A stretch of DNA of 63,359 bases, counting the filler, from Neolecta irregularis DAH-3 (lineage: Eukaryota): NCBI GenBank assembly GCA_001929475.1. It is 5 parts of 5 records of this genome, joined end to end, with 100 filler letters (N's around TTAATTAATTAA, not from the genome) between each part and the next. Parts side by side here need not be neighbours in the genome. Positions count along the whole stretch, not along the records: positions 12,162 to 40,406 come from LXFE01000714.1; positions 40,507 to 44,778 come from LXFE01000715.1; positions 44,879 to 62,116 come from LXFE01000716.1; 2 more parts are not named here. One strand, 5' to 3'. Shown piece by piece: positions 38,362 through 51,757 of this stretch (positions within the stretch are counted from its first letter, which is position 1; each line of letters starts with the position of its first letter). The notes beneath the pieces were generated by a model, which was given only the letters and a program-made list of their open reading frames with translations, made no database searches and had not been told where the DNA came from. Both the position numbers and the translations under genes were made by a program.

Positions 38362-39868
38362 TTAATTATGCAAGGAGTTTCTGATATCTGGTTTATTCAT
38401 GATTCCAAGTTCTAGGTTATTAGGGTGCTTTTATGGGCGGACAGGGACCATGGGGGATTGGAGTTCTGATATTCTTCTTCTGATAAGATAGCATTGTCTC
38501 TTTACTACTGATGTCTGATGTGATTTTTAAATTAAATTAATTGCTAAAGGTGAGTTCTTGTAACATAAGGAAAATTCCCTTTTAGGTTGTGGAGTACAAG
38601 GAGGCTGGCAATGATAATAAATCAGGACCTTTGAAGATTGAGGGACTATTACATTAATATCTACCAATCACTTGGGTTGAAATTGATACTTGTGATAAAA
38701 AAACTTTAATATATAGATATCTTTGGTATATGAATGGGTAATAAATCGGAGATTGGAGATTTAAGTTAGAACAGTAAAAATAATAGTTAGCTTGTAAGGA
38801 TTAGGATTGGAGATAAACCAAATAAGGTAAAACTTAGAAATATATTGCTAAAGTATTATAAATACTTTACGCTAGTAGTTTAGTACTCAGGATTCCATAT
38901 AAATAGCAATATATATAACCTTTAATCTTTAACAAATATCTTCGTAAAATAGTATAAATTATATTATAATATTTCCTCAAAATATCTCATTATATATCAT
39001 TTATTAAATAAAGAAAATATTTTAATAGTAACAAAAGTTATATTTTTGTATAAGTAAGACTATATTATATTTTCTATATATGTTATATTTAGTCAAATAG
39101 TATGACTAGGTGAAGATAATTAGTATTGTTGCACTAATATTATACTAATAATATACCTAGTATATTAAGGTAATTATGTAAATAGACTATAAGTAGATAA
39201 TCTTCTAATCTACTTATAACACTCATGTTCCACTTTGTTGTGGTAGAGAGGTAGTGCTAGGTTTGGTTATTAGGGATATATTAATTGGTAGATCTATTAG
39301 AATATATACTTACTAAATTTCTCTCTATTGTTCTATATAGTTTATTATTATATTATAAGATACTATATTTTAAAGATAATCAGGCTTGACTATTAGCTAC
39401 ACTAGTACTAAGTTAAGCAGGAGGTTAGTGTAATTTATATAGGTATATCACAAGTGTAAACTTCACTGAGAGGTCCAGAGCAACTTTATTACCCAATATT
39501 ATATATGTAAGGAGCATGCTCTGGTGGTTAGTATAAACACCAGATGTGGTCTAGTGGCAGAAGATCCTGGAAGATACTGGAACCTTCCAGTATATTCTGT
39601 AGCCACTAATTAGCAGCATTACTGTATTATAAGTAGATAGGCTGACTATAGCAGTACTCTTGTCTTCAACCAAGAGTACTGACGAGTCAGGTATGTAGCA
39701 ATATAGGTCTTTAACAAAGAGTACTGACAAGTCAGCTCTTAATAGATACATGGTATCTTACAATTGGAAGTCTTACGGTGTGGACACTGTAGGCGAGATA
39801 ATGCAGATGCGATATAACAACTATGTAAGCACTCCAAGGATCCTAGAGATTGGGTTACACAGGACAAT

Positions 39869-40118
39869 CGGGTTACAAGGTGGCGATCATGTTACAGGAA
39901 TGGACTGGGTGGATCTGGAGCGACACTCAGACTGGTATGCTAGCAAGCAACAATGAACAAGTCTACTATCTCAGTAGTTACAAAGTGANNNNNNNNNNTG
40001 GGTTACAAGGTGGCGATCATGTTACAGGAATGGACTGGGTGGATCTGGAGCAACACTCAGACTGGTATGCTAGCAAGCAACAATGAACAAGTCTACTATC
40101 TCAGTAGTTACAAAGTGA
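39869..40118. repeat. Near-identical duplication of about 118 bp either side of a 10-N gap
   Basis: gggttacaaggtggcgatcat...acaaagtga occurs twice, with one internal mismatch. Confidence 0.85.
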
Positions 40119-40406
40119 GAATAGTTAGGTATAGTGGTTAGCAAGCTATTTAAATAAGGAAGGTCCCTTATTGACATGTGCTATGTTGTATTAAGTTACA
40201 CTACTTTGTACCATGTAACACCATGTAGGACAAAGATAATGAAATGTAGTAAGCATATCTAGGGTCATATGCTTACACTCCTCCCCCCTCTCTTTCTAAA
40301 AGTATTTGCTGGTATTGAGTAATTAATAATGGGTTAATATCTGTGTGGGAGCTCTTTGTGTGTATGCCTTGAGGGCTAGAACTCCTATACCAGACTTTAG
40401 GTGAAC

Positions 40407-40506
40407 NNNNNNNNNNNNNNNNNNNNNNNNNNNNNNNNNNNNNNNNNNNNTTAATTAATTAANNNNNNNNNNNNNNNNNNNNNNNNNNNNNNNNNNNNNN
40501 NNNNNN
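40407..40506. other. Artificial contig linker
   Basis: N44-TTAATTAATTAA-N44. Confidence 0.98.
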
Positions 40507-41155
40507 ATTTGATTTGGCTATTTGGCAAATATTTGAATTTGGTTTATTATATTTGAGTTATTAGGAACACTGCTTGAGGGATTGAGGAGTTTTGCAAAGT
40601 ATACCAGGTTCAGCAAGTTTGGTTAACTTTACATAACCTGGTTTGGCAAACTACCCAAGAGTTAATTCATTGACAGCACCTATGATGCAGGGGAACCCCT
40701 GGGCCAGGGGTGGACTATTAGCCAGGGGCAGTAGCTGAGACAGGGGCCCACTATTAACCAGGGGCAATTCCTGAGACAAGGGCCTGTAGGATAGGGGTAC
40801 CTTTGGCTATATAAGCCACTGTAAGGAGGCCTTGTTAGCCATCATCCTTACAGTGTGTCACATGAAAAATTAACTACTACCTTTGGTATAATACAATCAT
40901 ACTTGTGTAACTATTGCAGATCTCAGTTGTTTATATTCAACAAGATAAAGGCTCATATACTAGACCTTTGGTTTAAGCTATCTATTTGGTTTAGTCTATT
41001 AGGAATACCATTTTTACTATTTGCAAAAGAGTTATATTATATTTATTATATACTAATAAAATATTTAAAAGAGCATGGGTTTTCATTGGACCAACCTGGT
41101 AATATACTTGCAGTAGGTATAAGAGTAAGTTTTTGACAATTAGTAATTAAATTTT

Positions 41156-43385
41156 CTATAAACTATTGAATTTTAGCAAAATTTCAATGTTATTAAATAC
41201 TTCTCCTTTTTTTTGGGTTCTAGATGATTCTGGTTCATCCCAGTTTCTTCTGATATAAAAAACAATAACTAGTTGAATTTGATGTAAAACATAATACCCT
41301 TGCTGATATATTTTAAGATTTTTTCCAAATTTTGATGGATTTTGTATTACATATTCTTGAAGGCTATTTTCCAAATTATAAATTTTAGAGACTGGTGTGA
41401 AAGAGTAAATTTTTATGTGAATTAGTTCTGAGATAAGTGGCTCTTGATTTTCATAATTTATCATATAATCCCATTTAGTAAACCTAAAAGTTGGAAATTC
41501 AATACTTTGAAATCTATCTGTATTAAATATTGATTTTATTAAAGATATTTCTTGAACAGTTCCATTAATTACTGCTTGTTTTCCAGAGAATTTGAGTTTT
41601 ATTTTATCACCTTCACTAAAGTTATTTAATTTTCACAAGTTTAGAGATACTTACATTATTGAAGGGCAAATAAAAAGATCAATAAGAATAGGAAGAAGTT
41701 GATAAAAAATCAACCAGATTGTAATCCCATGAAAAAGTATATCCTGATATTTTGAAGACTTTCCAATAAAGAAATATTTAGTCAATGGTAAATTGTATAA
41801 TATCCACAATAGCTTACTTAGTTAGTAACTCTATCTTGACCCTATAAGATAATATACCAATGTATATATACAAACTATAGTACTAATTCTTTTAAAGATA
41901 ATATGTGGCTTTTGCAAAAGATTGGTAATTTTCTGTTCATTTTTTGCAATTTCATTCTATATACTATTAGTAAATATAGTTAATACAATGGTTATACACA
42001 AAGTTCTAACCATGTTTCTTTGTAAAAATATTTCTTTGGACTCTAAGTTATTAAATTTGAAAAATACATATTTTCTTTTTTACCAGAACCCCTCCATTGT
42101 AATCAAAAAGTCTATCTCTATGAACAGAAAGAGGGAGACATAGTAGAAGGTCATTATAGCAGAGAAGTTCAGTAGAATATAGCTGCTCATTGTAGATAGA
42201 GGAGGTAAATGAGCTTTGGGTATGGAAAATAATTCTTCCAAGTAATTCTACCCCTTTTGTACTTTTCATTAGTTGTGTAACAATCCCTGCTGTAGAAGAC
42301 AACCATAATAAATATCTATTAATATTTAATTCAAGAGCTGAATTCAGAGTCAAGAATAAGAGATTATCTTGGGAGATCACAGTTTGGATTGGCTCTTTCT
42401 TAATTATCTTCCTTAGTTCTAGTAAGGATAAATTATTTTGATTATTCAAATTCCTATTTTGTTGTTGAAGATATTCTAGAATTGTAATAAGCAAATGGTT
42501 CCAATCTTTCTGAGTAGAAATTCTGAAGTAAAGTTGCTTTTTAACCCATGAATAGCCACTATATTTAGTTAGTAATATCTATTTCTCAAATCTGATTACA
42601 TATATGCTATAATAGCCTTTTCAACTATTATAAGTCCAAGTAATAATAGAGATTTTTGAAGCCAATTACTTATATCTTTGTTTTTAGTAAATGGTATTTC
42701 AACCTGTTCATAATTTAACCAAGAAATATAGCTATTAACAATTAGTTAATATATAAGTGTAAATATTTTAGGAGTAAACATTAATTTTTCCCAAATAATT
42801 ACTATAAATAGAAGCCAAATATACATAACAAGATAACTTGACAATGATATAGGTATATATTGCCAATTTCCTGAAGGAAAGGCCATGATATTAAAATTTG
42901 AATTGAAAAAGAGATATACTAGCCCAGTGATATCAGGTATAAGAAGTAGTGAGGGTAAACTAAGTAAAAGGAAAAGTAGATAATAATGAATTGGGAAAGT
43001 TCTACTAATATGAAACTATTACCAGAGAGGGTTTTATAATAAATACCTTGTTTGAATAGGAATAGCTTTATATTTCATAAAGGAAATTACCCATAAAATA
43101 AGTAGAATAGTAAATACTATTACTGATAATATAACCCATGAATATTTGTTCCTATTCCATTTTATACTTAAACTCCTAAAAAGGGAATAAAGAACTAGAA
43201 TTGGTTAAATACTTTCTATTAGTTAATTATCATTACCCTAAAGATAAGCATTAGAAATATATAATCTATTTCACAATTTTTCTCTTTATTTTGGTAATTA
43301 TTTCTGGTAATTCTTTTCTATCAGTTGTTAGATCATACTTTTCTGAAAGTTTATCTTGTTGTAAATAACAATCAGGCTTGAACAT
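41156..43385 (-). pseudogene. Decayed multi-exon gene(s) encoding a multi-pass membrane protein
   Basis: From ATG 43385 (MFKPDCYLQQ...) through hydrophobic stretches WVILSVIVFTILLILWVISF, YYLLFLLLSLPSLLL and YLVMYIWLLFIVIIW, interrupted by TAA/TAG; residual ORFs at 42051-42494 and 41156-41464. Confidence 0.55.
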
Positions 43386-44502
43386 GTTAGTAATTAGGAT
43401 TTGTCTGAGAGAAGAATATTTGAAGCTTATAGTAAGATGCTTACTATATTTGGGCTTATATTATTCTAAGGTATATCTAAGGGAATTCAGTAGATACTAT
43501 GATAGTCTGGTATTAGACCTGTAGATAATACTAGCAAGTGATTGCAATGAGGTAGCTAGTTGTACTACTTATCAGTAGTAACTAAGTTACTGTTCAAAAT
43601 TATATACTAAAGAAAAGTTCTTAATTAACTTGCATTATATAATTTTATACCAATATTATATAATATTATAAAACTTAGTATAAAATAAAACAAAGTAAAA
43701 CAAATATAATTGCAAGATATTGAAAGATTCTTCACTTCCTAGTATTTACCTCTATTGGTAGAATAGTTTGGAAGTATAATTATATATATGTTTTTGAGAA
43801 AAGGTAGACTTTGGAAAGTAGTTCAACCTGGATTGTTGAAAGATATTAACTATTATTGCTAAAGTTGTTAATTAGGAGTTGTAATACTGTTCCCAGCATT
43901 ATAAAGAGCATTTATATATAAATTTGGAATATCTCCTCCCTTGTTAGGAAAATTGTAAGCTCTGTGCCAAACCACAGAGGCTTCACTGATTGCCTAGATA
44001 GGTAAAGATAAAACCCTTTATTATCAGTCTAGGACTCTGAGACAGTCACCTTTATTATCAGTCTAGGATTAAGAATAAAGGTGTGACTCGTGTCTCACTA
44101 TATACTTAATATAACAATAATTAATATGCCTGCTAATATTTCTGACCGCACCACCAAGTGTGATGCCTCCTAGCCATTAATAGGAAAGCATGCTATGGTG
44201 AGCCTGCATGCTTACAAAAATAAGTTCAGCAAGCACAGTTAAATGTTAATATCCCTATTTGGAAGAAAGTTGACCAGTTAGTTCAACCTATGAAAAGGAT
44301 TGCCTTGATACCCTCTATCACCTTGTATAATTACTATAATGTTTATTTGAAGATTAAAGGAAACTCTCTCTGTAAGGCACTGTAGTTGTAATGAGATAGC
44401 CTTACCTTATAGCTGGATAGTGGAGGTTAGGCTGATGTGGCTTGATATGACCAAGCCACTGTTATGTAATCATATTATACTAGTATAAATAGCTTAGAGG
44501 AG

Positions 44503-44612
44503 CAGTGCTGCATAGAATCCGTATCAGATTTGATACCTATTCATTGATTCGAATCCAGATTTGGATTCAGATTCATGAATCTAGTTTTTTTTGTATCAAA
44601 TCTGATTCAATT
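44503..44612. mobile_element. hAT-like transposon end fragment
   Basis: cagtgctgca start followed by clustered gaatc/gattc subterminal motifs and the inverted pair atcagatttgatac / gtatcaaatctgat. Confidence 0.45.
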
Positions 44613-44778
44613 ATTTGGGTGAAAGCTATCCCTAAACCTATGGGTCCATATGAAGCTATTCCTGGTAACATCCGTGTGTCCTGTATCCATCAATCAATTG
44701 TATTATCAATCATGGATTAATTGATTGACTACATTTACATCAAGCAAAATGGAAGTTAGACATGTAGATGAGATTTTA

Positions 44779-44878
44779 NNNNNNNNNNNNNNNNNNNNNN
44801 NNNNNNNNNNNNNNNNNNNNNNTTAATTAATTAANNNNNNNNNNNNNNNNNNNNNNNNNNNNNNNNNNNNNNNNNNNN
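44779..44878. other. Artificial contig linker
   Basis: N44-TTAATTAATTAA-N44. Confidence 0.98.
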
Positions 44879-46165
44879 CCCCCCCCCAATTATTGTTCCT
44901 CATTAACACCCTACTGGTTTGCAACACACAATCTCGGTTTCTCTATATATTCGAAAAAAATGTTAAGTTCATATATCTAGGCTGTCAATACTCGCTTTGG
45001 CTTTTTCATATCCTACGAGGTTAAACTCCCAGGACCGTTGGGTATGTCATAGCGCCGTATTTGAAAATGATAAATATGTGGCAAAGCATAAGCTAGGGAA
45101 AGTGTAAGGACAGACCCTCGGTCAAACATATTACTAAGACTCTCCCACGGCTTCCGAAGGAATCACTGTCAGAACCCTTTACACCCAAAAATAGGAATGA
45201 ACAAATTATTCATCCTGCCCAACAGGAGGTTTGATCATCTTTTATGTCAAGGTAAATGCAATAGTGTTCGAAGGTTTGGAAAGAACGAATATATGTCTCT
45301 GGTATGTATTCACATCGCGCAGCTTCTCTGTTCTAGTCCAATTCACAGTTTGTCGAATATGGAGAACCGTCTGGTCCTAGTATACTCTTCCTACAATTTC
45401 GGTCTGAATTGGTGGATCGAGACTTTCAATTCATTCCTAATGATGGAGCTCTATCCTGAAACTTTCGCTACCGGTAATATATACAATCCGTTGAAATGGA
45501 AGGACCTCCCTAGAACCAATGTTACATGATCTTTCGAGAAGCAAAATTAGCCCTGGTGACCGAAATTTCTCGAAATGTCTTGTTTCCTTTTTCCGATTAA
45601 TAATTTTTGAATCTTCTATATGAATATCACAATAATGTTTGTCGCCTAATTCACATGTTCAATAGCAGTCTGAAAGCCGAAGCTAATTTTCAGGCACTAA
45701 TACAGTCAGACTTTCGCATTTACAAAATGTATGACCTTCGGAGGGACCCGCTTTTCCAATGACTAGGACACGATTCCTGTATCACTTTTGATATCGAAAA
45801 AGACACGCACAATTCTCCTGTTCAATTCTTTGATCCCTACTTTTTCACCTGTGCCATTGTCACTGTTTATCTTGTTCGGATCGTTAGACGATTGATTCGC
45901 GATATTCCTGTGGTTTTACCGTGCGATCGCCTTTGAGAATACGGCCTCTATTGATTTGAGGGTTCTACACCAAATGAAGGTTATATGTATCGTTCATTGA
46001 ATAATAATATACACATCTCTTTTGCGTTACTGGGTTTCGATTTGACTCCACTCCCTCCCTTGTGAATGTATAAATAGATTATTATATCCAAATTATGGTC
46101 TGATCCCCCCTCTACAGTTTCCGCAAACCTATCCTCGTCATAAAGGCCTAGAACCAGCGCTTCTG

Positions 46166-48663
46166 ATGAAAGAATCAGGGCACTGGACCATATCAGGCGT
46201 CAGTGATGATATACTAGACGGCAATAAAGTTGACAAAACTGATCCAACGAGGTGGAGATTGAGCGTTAAAGAAGGACGTCAGATATGGCGATACATCAAA
46301 GACGACGAAAAGCTGAAGGGACTGGGGAAACAGTCAATCGCAGAGAAGTATTTCCTTGGTCTAGACACGGTATATGAACCATTTCATCCTTTCTAACCCA
46401 AGGGCCTACCTGAACTTTCTAAAGCAAATACGCCGAAGGAATGTGCTTCTAAGGGATGGTCCTTTTTCAAATCCCTGCAATTGGATGACGGCCATTGGGG
46501 CTGTGAATACGGCGGCCCAATGTTCCTGCTTTACGGTCTAATCATAGCCATGTATATCACCGGAGCACCAATCCCTGAAGAGTGGAAGATCGAAATTATA
46601 AGATATCTATCATATCGAGCCAACAAAATTGATGGCGGCTGGGGAATTCATACAGAGCATCATTCCACTGTGTATGGTACAGCTATGAACTACGTTATTT
46701 TGAGAATTCTCGGAATGGATCCGGATCATCCCGTTGCCATGAAATCCAGAGGATGTCTTCAGAAACTTGGTAAAATTCCCTAGATTGAACAGCAACCTTA
46801 TTTACAAAAGGTGGTGCTATTGGACTTCCACACTGGGGAAAATTCTGGCTTGCCTTGCTTAACTGCTATGAATGGACTGGTGTAAACCCGGTCCCACCGG
46901 AATTCTGGTATCTTCCAAGTCAATGCATTGAGATGTAATATTAGGCTTCTCCCGGATTGGATTCCGTTTCATCCATGGAGATGGTGGGTTCATTTACGTG
47001 CCGTATATTTGCCCATGAGTTATCTTTATGGGAAAAAATTCAGTATGCCACTCAATGACCTCATAGAGTCACTTCGTCAGGAGTTATTCACAGAACCATA
47101 CCCAACTATCGACTTTGGCTCGCTGCGCAATAACGTCTCGCCCGCAGATCTTTACGTTCCACACTCCTGGATCTTGGACATGATCAATCCTATTTTGAGA
47201 TTTTATGAAAAGTACCTTCGACCAAACTGGTTATCAGAAAAGGCGAGCCAGCATGCATACAAAATGATTCAATGGGAGAACGAAAATACCGAGTATCTCT
47301 GCCTTGGTCCTGTGAACATTGTGCTTCATCTCATTTGCGCATATGAGGTAGAAGGAAGAGAGAGTTTCGCCTTTCAGAAACTGCATGACCGGCTTCAGGA
47401 TCACCTCTGGATATCAAAGGAAGGATTGATGATGCAGGGCACAAACGGCGTTCAGTGCTGGGACACGTCATTTGCTATCCAGGCTATAGTTGAAGCTGGG
47501 TTAATTGAACAAGAAGAGGACAAAGAAACCCTCAATAGAGCTCTAGGCTTCTTGGAAAATTGTCAAGTCCGTCCTTCTTTCAGTATTCGATAGTGATTAT
47601 CGCAGATTAGGAAGGAAACTATACCTAATAGCTACCGACAGCCTCGACTTGGGGCTTGGCCATTTAGTACTCGCGATCAAGGTTATTCCGTTTCCGACTG
47701 TACGGCCGAAGCAATTAAAGCTGTGATAATGCTTCAAAATCATTGGTCCCATCGATTCCAAGTCATCAGCTAACCTGTAGCGGCTTTAAAGAACAAGTAT
47801 CCAATGAGCGTCTCCAACAAGCCATCGATGTCATCCTCACTATGCAAAATCCTTGCGGCGGTTTCGCTTCCTATGAAATTGTCCGTGGTCCGAAGTGGGT
47901 CGAATTACTTAATCCTGCAGAGGTGTTTTCTGGTATCATGATCGAATTTGTTTACCCGGAATGCACAACAGCCGTGCTAACGGGTCTCTCTTTATTCCAT
48001 AAAGCCTATCCTGACTATCGCTCGGAGGACATAAAGGAAACCATCAAAAGGGCCGGTGTGTCTATCCACACTTCACAGCGGACAGATGGTAGTTGGTACG
48101 GCTGCTGGGGTATATGCTTTACGTATGCATCGATGTTTGCTTTGGAAAGCCTCGCGTCAGTCGACGAAGTGTATGAAAATAGTCCGTCAGTTCAAAAAGC
48201 ATGCAAATTTCTCATTGGGAAACAAATGGCAGACGGTGGGTGGGGAGAAAGTTACAAGGTATACAACTACACTGTATCATCAAAATCTTCTAAACTTGCA
48301 GAGTTGTGAAACTCAAGAATGGGTCGATCATGAAAAGAGCCAAGTTGTCAATACAGCTTGGGTAGTCATCGCCCTCATGATCGCGGAATACCCCGATAAA
48401 ACTCCCATTGAACAAGGAATCAAAGTATAAAGTAGTCCACCAAGTATTATCTGACATATCTAGCTCATCATGTGTAGACAGCAATCAAATGGTGAATGGA
48501 TTCAAGAGGGAATCGAAGGTGTATTCAATAAGAATTGGTATGACTGCGACCTTGTTTGATGAACAATTAACACAAAAGCATGATTTCGTATCCTAACTAT
48601 AAATTTTACTGGCCCATCAAAGCATGTGGAATGTTTGAAAAGCGATGGCCAAGTGCTGCTTGA
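46166..48663 (+). CDS. ERG7: Oxidosqualene cyclase, lanosterol synthase type
   Basis: [37 protein letters not shown] and DGSWYGCWG; the T/Q/V specificity residues match lanosterol synthases. Confidence 0.96.
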
Positions 48664-49003
48664 ATTGTCCTCATCCTTTCCTTCGATATTTTGTTATCTT
48701 TTCCATACTTTTTGATGGGCACCAGGCGTTTCATTCGTTGTGCAATACTGGCTAGAGAATGTCTAACAATTCTGCCTAGTCCGAATTTTGTCTGTACAAA
48801 TCGCTCTTATGCAGATCTACTTTTGATGGTCAAAGTGAAATACACCATTTTTGACCAGTAAATCGCGATCAAAGGCATCGCTATCAATTTTGAATGCATC
48901 GTCTGTTTGTACCTAGCAGAAAGTTTAAAGCAGAGCACCAGAATAACATTAGTTGTGAAAGTTGATCTTCTCGAAAGCTAACTTGACAATGAAGTTATAC
49001 ATT

Positions 49004-49048
49004 TGTTCTGTCCCACCTGTGGAATCGTCCCACCTGTGGAATCGCCCA
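49004..49048. repeat. 45-bp dispersed repeat containing 2 x 17-bp gtcccacctgtggaatc
   Basis: Identical to 63295-63339. Confidence 0.95.
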
Positions 49049-49371
49049 ACTTCACCAAAATACTGAATTCATAGTTCATGAAAAATATGTATACAAAACA
49101 TCCACTTAAACTGTCCAACTTTATGGAGTAATCCCAGAATGTTGCATTCGGAAATATGGGTAGGCAAACATTATAGAATGACACATCGCAAGTTTAGAGA
49201 GAGAAGTACTAGTTGGATTCCCGGAGTCACGGGTTCCTTCAGGAGTTTGCAAATTGTTTGAATAGCGGAGTATTCAGCAAAACAAATTCGACTTGAAAGT
49301 TTTACTTATTAGCAAGTCTGAGCGGGAAGGAGCACGGGTGCACAGATGGAGCACCATAGACAGACAGGGCT

Positions 49372-50037
49372 CTAAGTCCCTGCAAAGAACTTGACGCCCG
49401 TCTCAGAGTCTGCAGACTTCAACAGCTGCGCAAGTCCGCGCTTTCCCAAAACTTCCAACGCCTTTCTCAAAATCACTGGTTCGATGCCCTCAAGCTCTAA
49501 CAAGTCAGCCCCACAAGTCCACATTTTCGTACCACTGCCCACCACCAGCTCTCCCTGTGATAACTCAAACATCGTCAAAACAGCACCTTTTTGCCCAGTG
49601 GCATCAATCTTACTAGTCAGCACCACCATTCTTGGCATCATACCCAGTTCGCAAGATAGTCTGCCCATTCCTCGGGTGTCCGCCAGTATACCCATGCTCC
49701 ATGTTTCTTGCTGTTCACGTACTCCGCTGATCTCTGTTTCACCATATCATCGATAATCTCCTTCAACACTTCCACCTTCAGCTTCCCTAAATATTATTTC
49801 ATTTCTCCCTTAGAGATTCCTACGGTTTATAGCTTTATTGTGAAACAGCTCGTCGTCGTTCAGTTCATTGATATTTAAATCTATTCTCCACCGACGATGG
49901 TATCGAAAGTATCCGAGAATCAAAGTTATCCAGTGAGATTTTTGTGTCGACCATGTCGTTTCATTCAATTGACGAGTGAAGAATGGTGGAAACGAGTAGA
50001 TTGAGGGAAATAGGAAAGGTTCTACCGCGCGTGGCAT
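49372..50037 (-). CDS. VPS25: ESCRT-II subunit Vps25
   Basis: FPSIYSFPPFFTRQ, VYWRTPEEWA, VLTMFELSQGE and LRKALEVL...GVKFF; two introns. Confidence 0.93.
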
Positions 50038-50215
50038 TAAGACGTGAGTATTACGGAAACTGGAAGGATTCTGGTGGTGGGATCATCATCTCAATGAGGA
50101 ACAGGCATCCTACTTAAACTCTCCACCGCTGACCGATTAAAGCAAGAATGGCTCCTCAATATTTCCAACTACATGTACGACCAATGCCTTCATTGATAAA
50201 TACGGCGTACATCAA

Positions 50216-50781
50216 TCACCGGCATTCATTCTTAATACCGAGTCGTTCCAGCAGCATTCAATCCTTGACTTTACCCGGGTTATTGGTGATATTTTCTTCC
50301 ATTTTTTTCATCCCTCCCTTGATCTTATCCATCGTTGATGGATCGGTGGTCTCATTGGACAAATTATGGTGAGTTCCAACGTGTACTCCTTGTTGATGAC
50401 CGTGAGTGTCAGTGGCTCCAGCAACAACTGGTGTTTGTCTGATCATAGGTCGATGCTGGACGAGTCGATGCATTATAACATTGTGCCAAGTCTATAAATC
50501 AGTATGCTTTCACATTGTTTGCAATACTGTCATCTTCAGCACCCATGTTTGTTCGATATGTCTGAAGTCTGTCCAGCGCCATAGCCAGCTCCAACCCCGC
50601 CAGTTGCTTGCATACCAGAGGTTTGATTACCTGCAGGCACAATGTCGCGTCTGCGACCGTTTATGCCAGCGGCCTCAGATCGATTGTCATAAGTCGAAGC
50701 TGGTCCAATATTCGCGGCGTAGCCATGAGCGAGATTGTCGGCCTGAGTTCCGAATTGTGTGTTGTGTTAATTTGAAGTCAT
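50216..50781 (-). pseudogene. Disrupted hydrophilin with internal repeat and CsbD-like C-terminus
   Basis: ATG 50781 then TAA at codon 5; repeats DNLAHGYAANIGPASTYD / DNLAQCYNASTRPASTYD lie in different frames; ends PSTMDKIKGGMKKMEENITNNPGKVKD*. Confidence 0.6.
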
Positions 50782-51248
50782 TTTATTGATGACAGTCAAG
50801 GGGAGTGGTTTATAGACAACACGAGTGTCGAGATTATTATGACGTATGTGGCTTGTTCGAGTATTGCACCTTCGTGGCGTCTCTTCCTTGGACTAGACTT
50901 GATCCGCTATTGCGACAAATGATCTTTGTAATATGAAGATCAAATAGGCAAATTTCAACTGATTGAATTGTAATGGCCCAGTAGACCTTATGAGGAGCTG
51001 AAAGGGTGGAGGCTACTTTACGTCATGAGGTAATACAGCATGGCTTTTTTGGCCTCTTTACGTTTGAATTCGTCCAATTGTAATCCTGTACAAATATCGT
51101 GATTCTAGATATGATGAATGGAGCAAATACCCGATAGAATGAACTTCGTTAAAGACCAGTTTATTTTATGAGCTCTAATGTATACAAATACCACATCTTC
51201 CTGTAGATATATACAAGTCATGCATATATACTAACGACTTGATCCGCC

Positions 51249-51757
51249 TTACAATTGCATTATCTTGGTTGAATCGCTGTATCGGGGGTGTCTATCGTCG
51301 CCATGCTCCGTGATTCTCGTAGTCTTCTGCATGATCTTCTTTACAACTCGAAGGTCCCGACGGCTTCTCGCAGGCTTGGAAGACAAGGTAGTTGTAGTTT
51401 CCTCGACAATGGTAGTTTTGGGAGGGTCCAGTACTCCCTGAAAAATCGTACTGGGATACGATGCCAGGTACTGCTGTTGCTGATAGGTGCTCGGATGCTC
51501 AGCGATGTGTTGATGCCAACCCTGTTGTGGGACTATACTCTGCTGATTTGCGTGATAAGGCAATTGATCTCGTCCATTATAGTCTATCTTCGTCAGGGCA
51601 TAAGAACTTTGTAAATTAACGCACCCTGTGGTCTTGCATATCGATCGTAGGACGAGCGACTTTCATATGGGCTTCTGGGAACAAGACTTGTTTGATAATT
51701 GCGTTGTGTTGGATGATTGTAATGGCTGGGGTGCTCAACGCTGTTGTTGTAAAGCAT
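51249..51757 (-). CDS. 155-aa Y/Q/H/P/S-rich disordered protein
   Basis: ATG 51757; 41-nt intron 51624-51584 joins the exons in frame; TATATAA near 51800. Confidence 0.7.

Larger units (their letters stand above)
38500..44100. other. AT-rich, CpG-depleted degenerate DNA spanning a linker
   Basis: Abrupt drop in GC, near absence of CG dinucleotides and stop-riddled gene remnants. Confidence 0.85.

Noticed and set aside
39869-40118. Recent tandem duplication
   Set aside because: The copies flank a 10-N gap; most likely unmerged overlapping contig ends.
45197-45529. 110-aa ORF upstream of ERG7
   Set aside because: No recognisable motif or splice support and followed by stop-rich sequence; at best a gene remnant.
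46166-48663. Triterpene secondary-metabolite cluster around the oxidosqualene cyclase
   Set aside because: Specificity residues are lanosterol-type, no P450 or transferase neighbours are on the contig, and the MBOAT gene is on a different contig.
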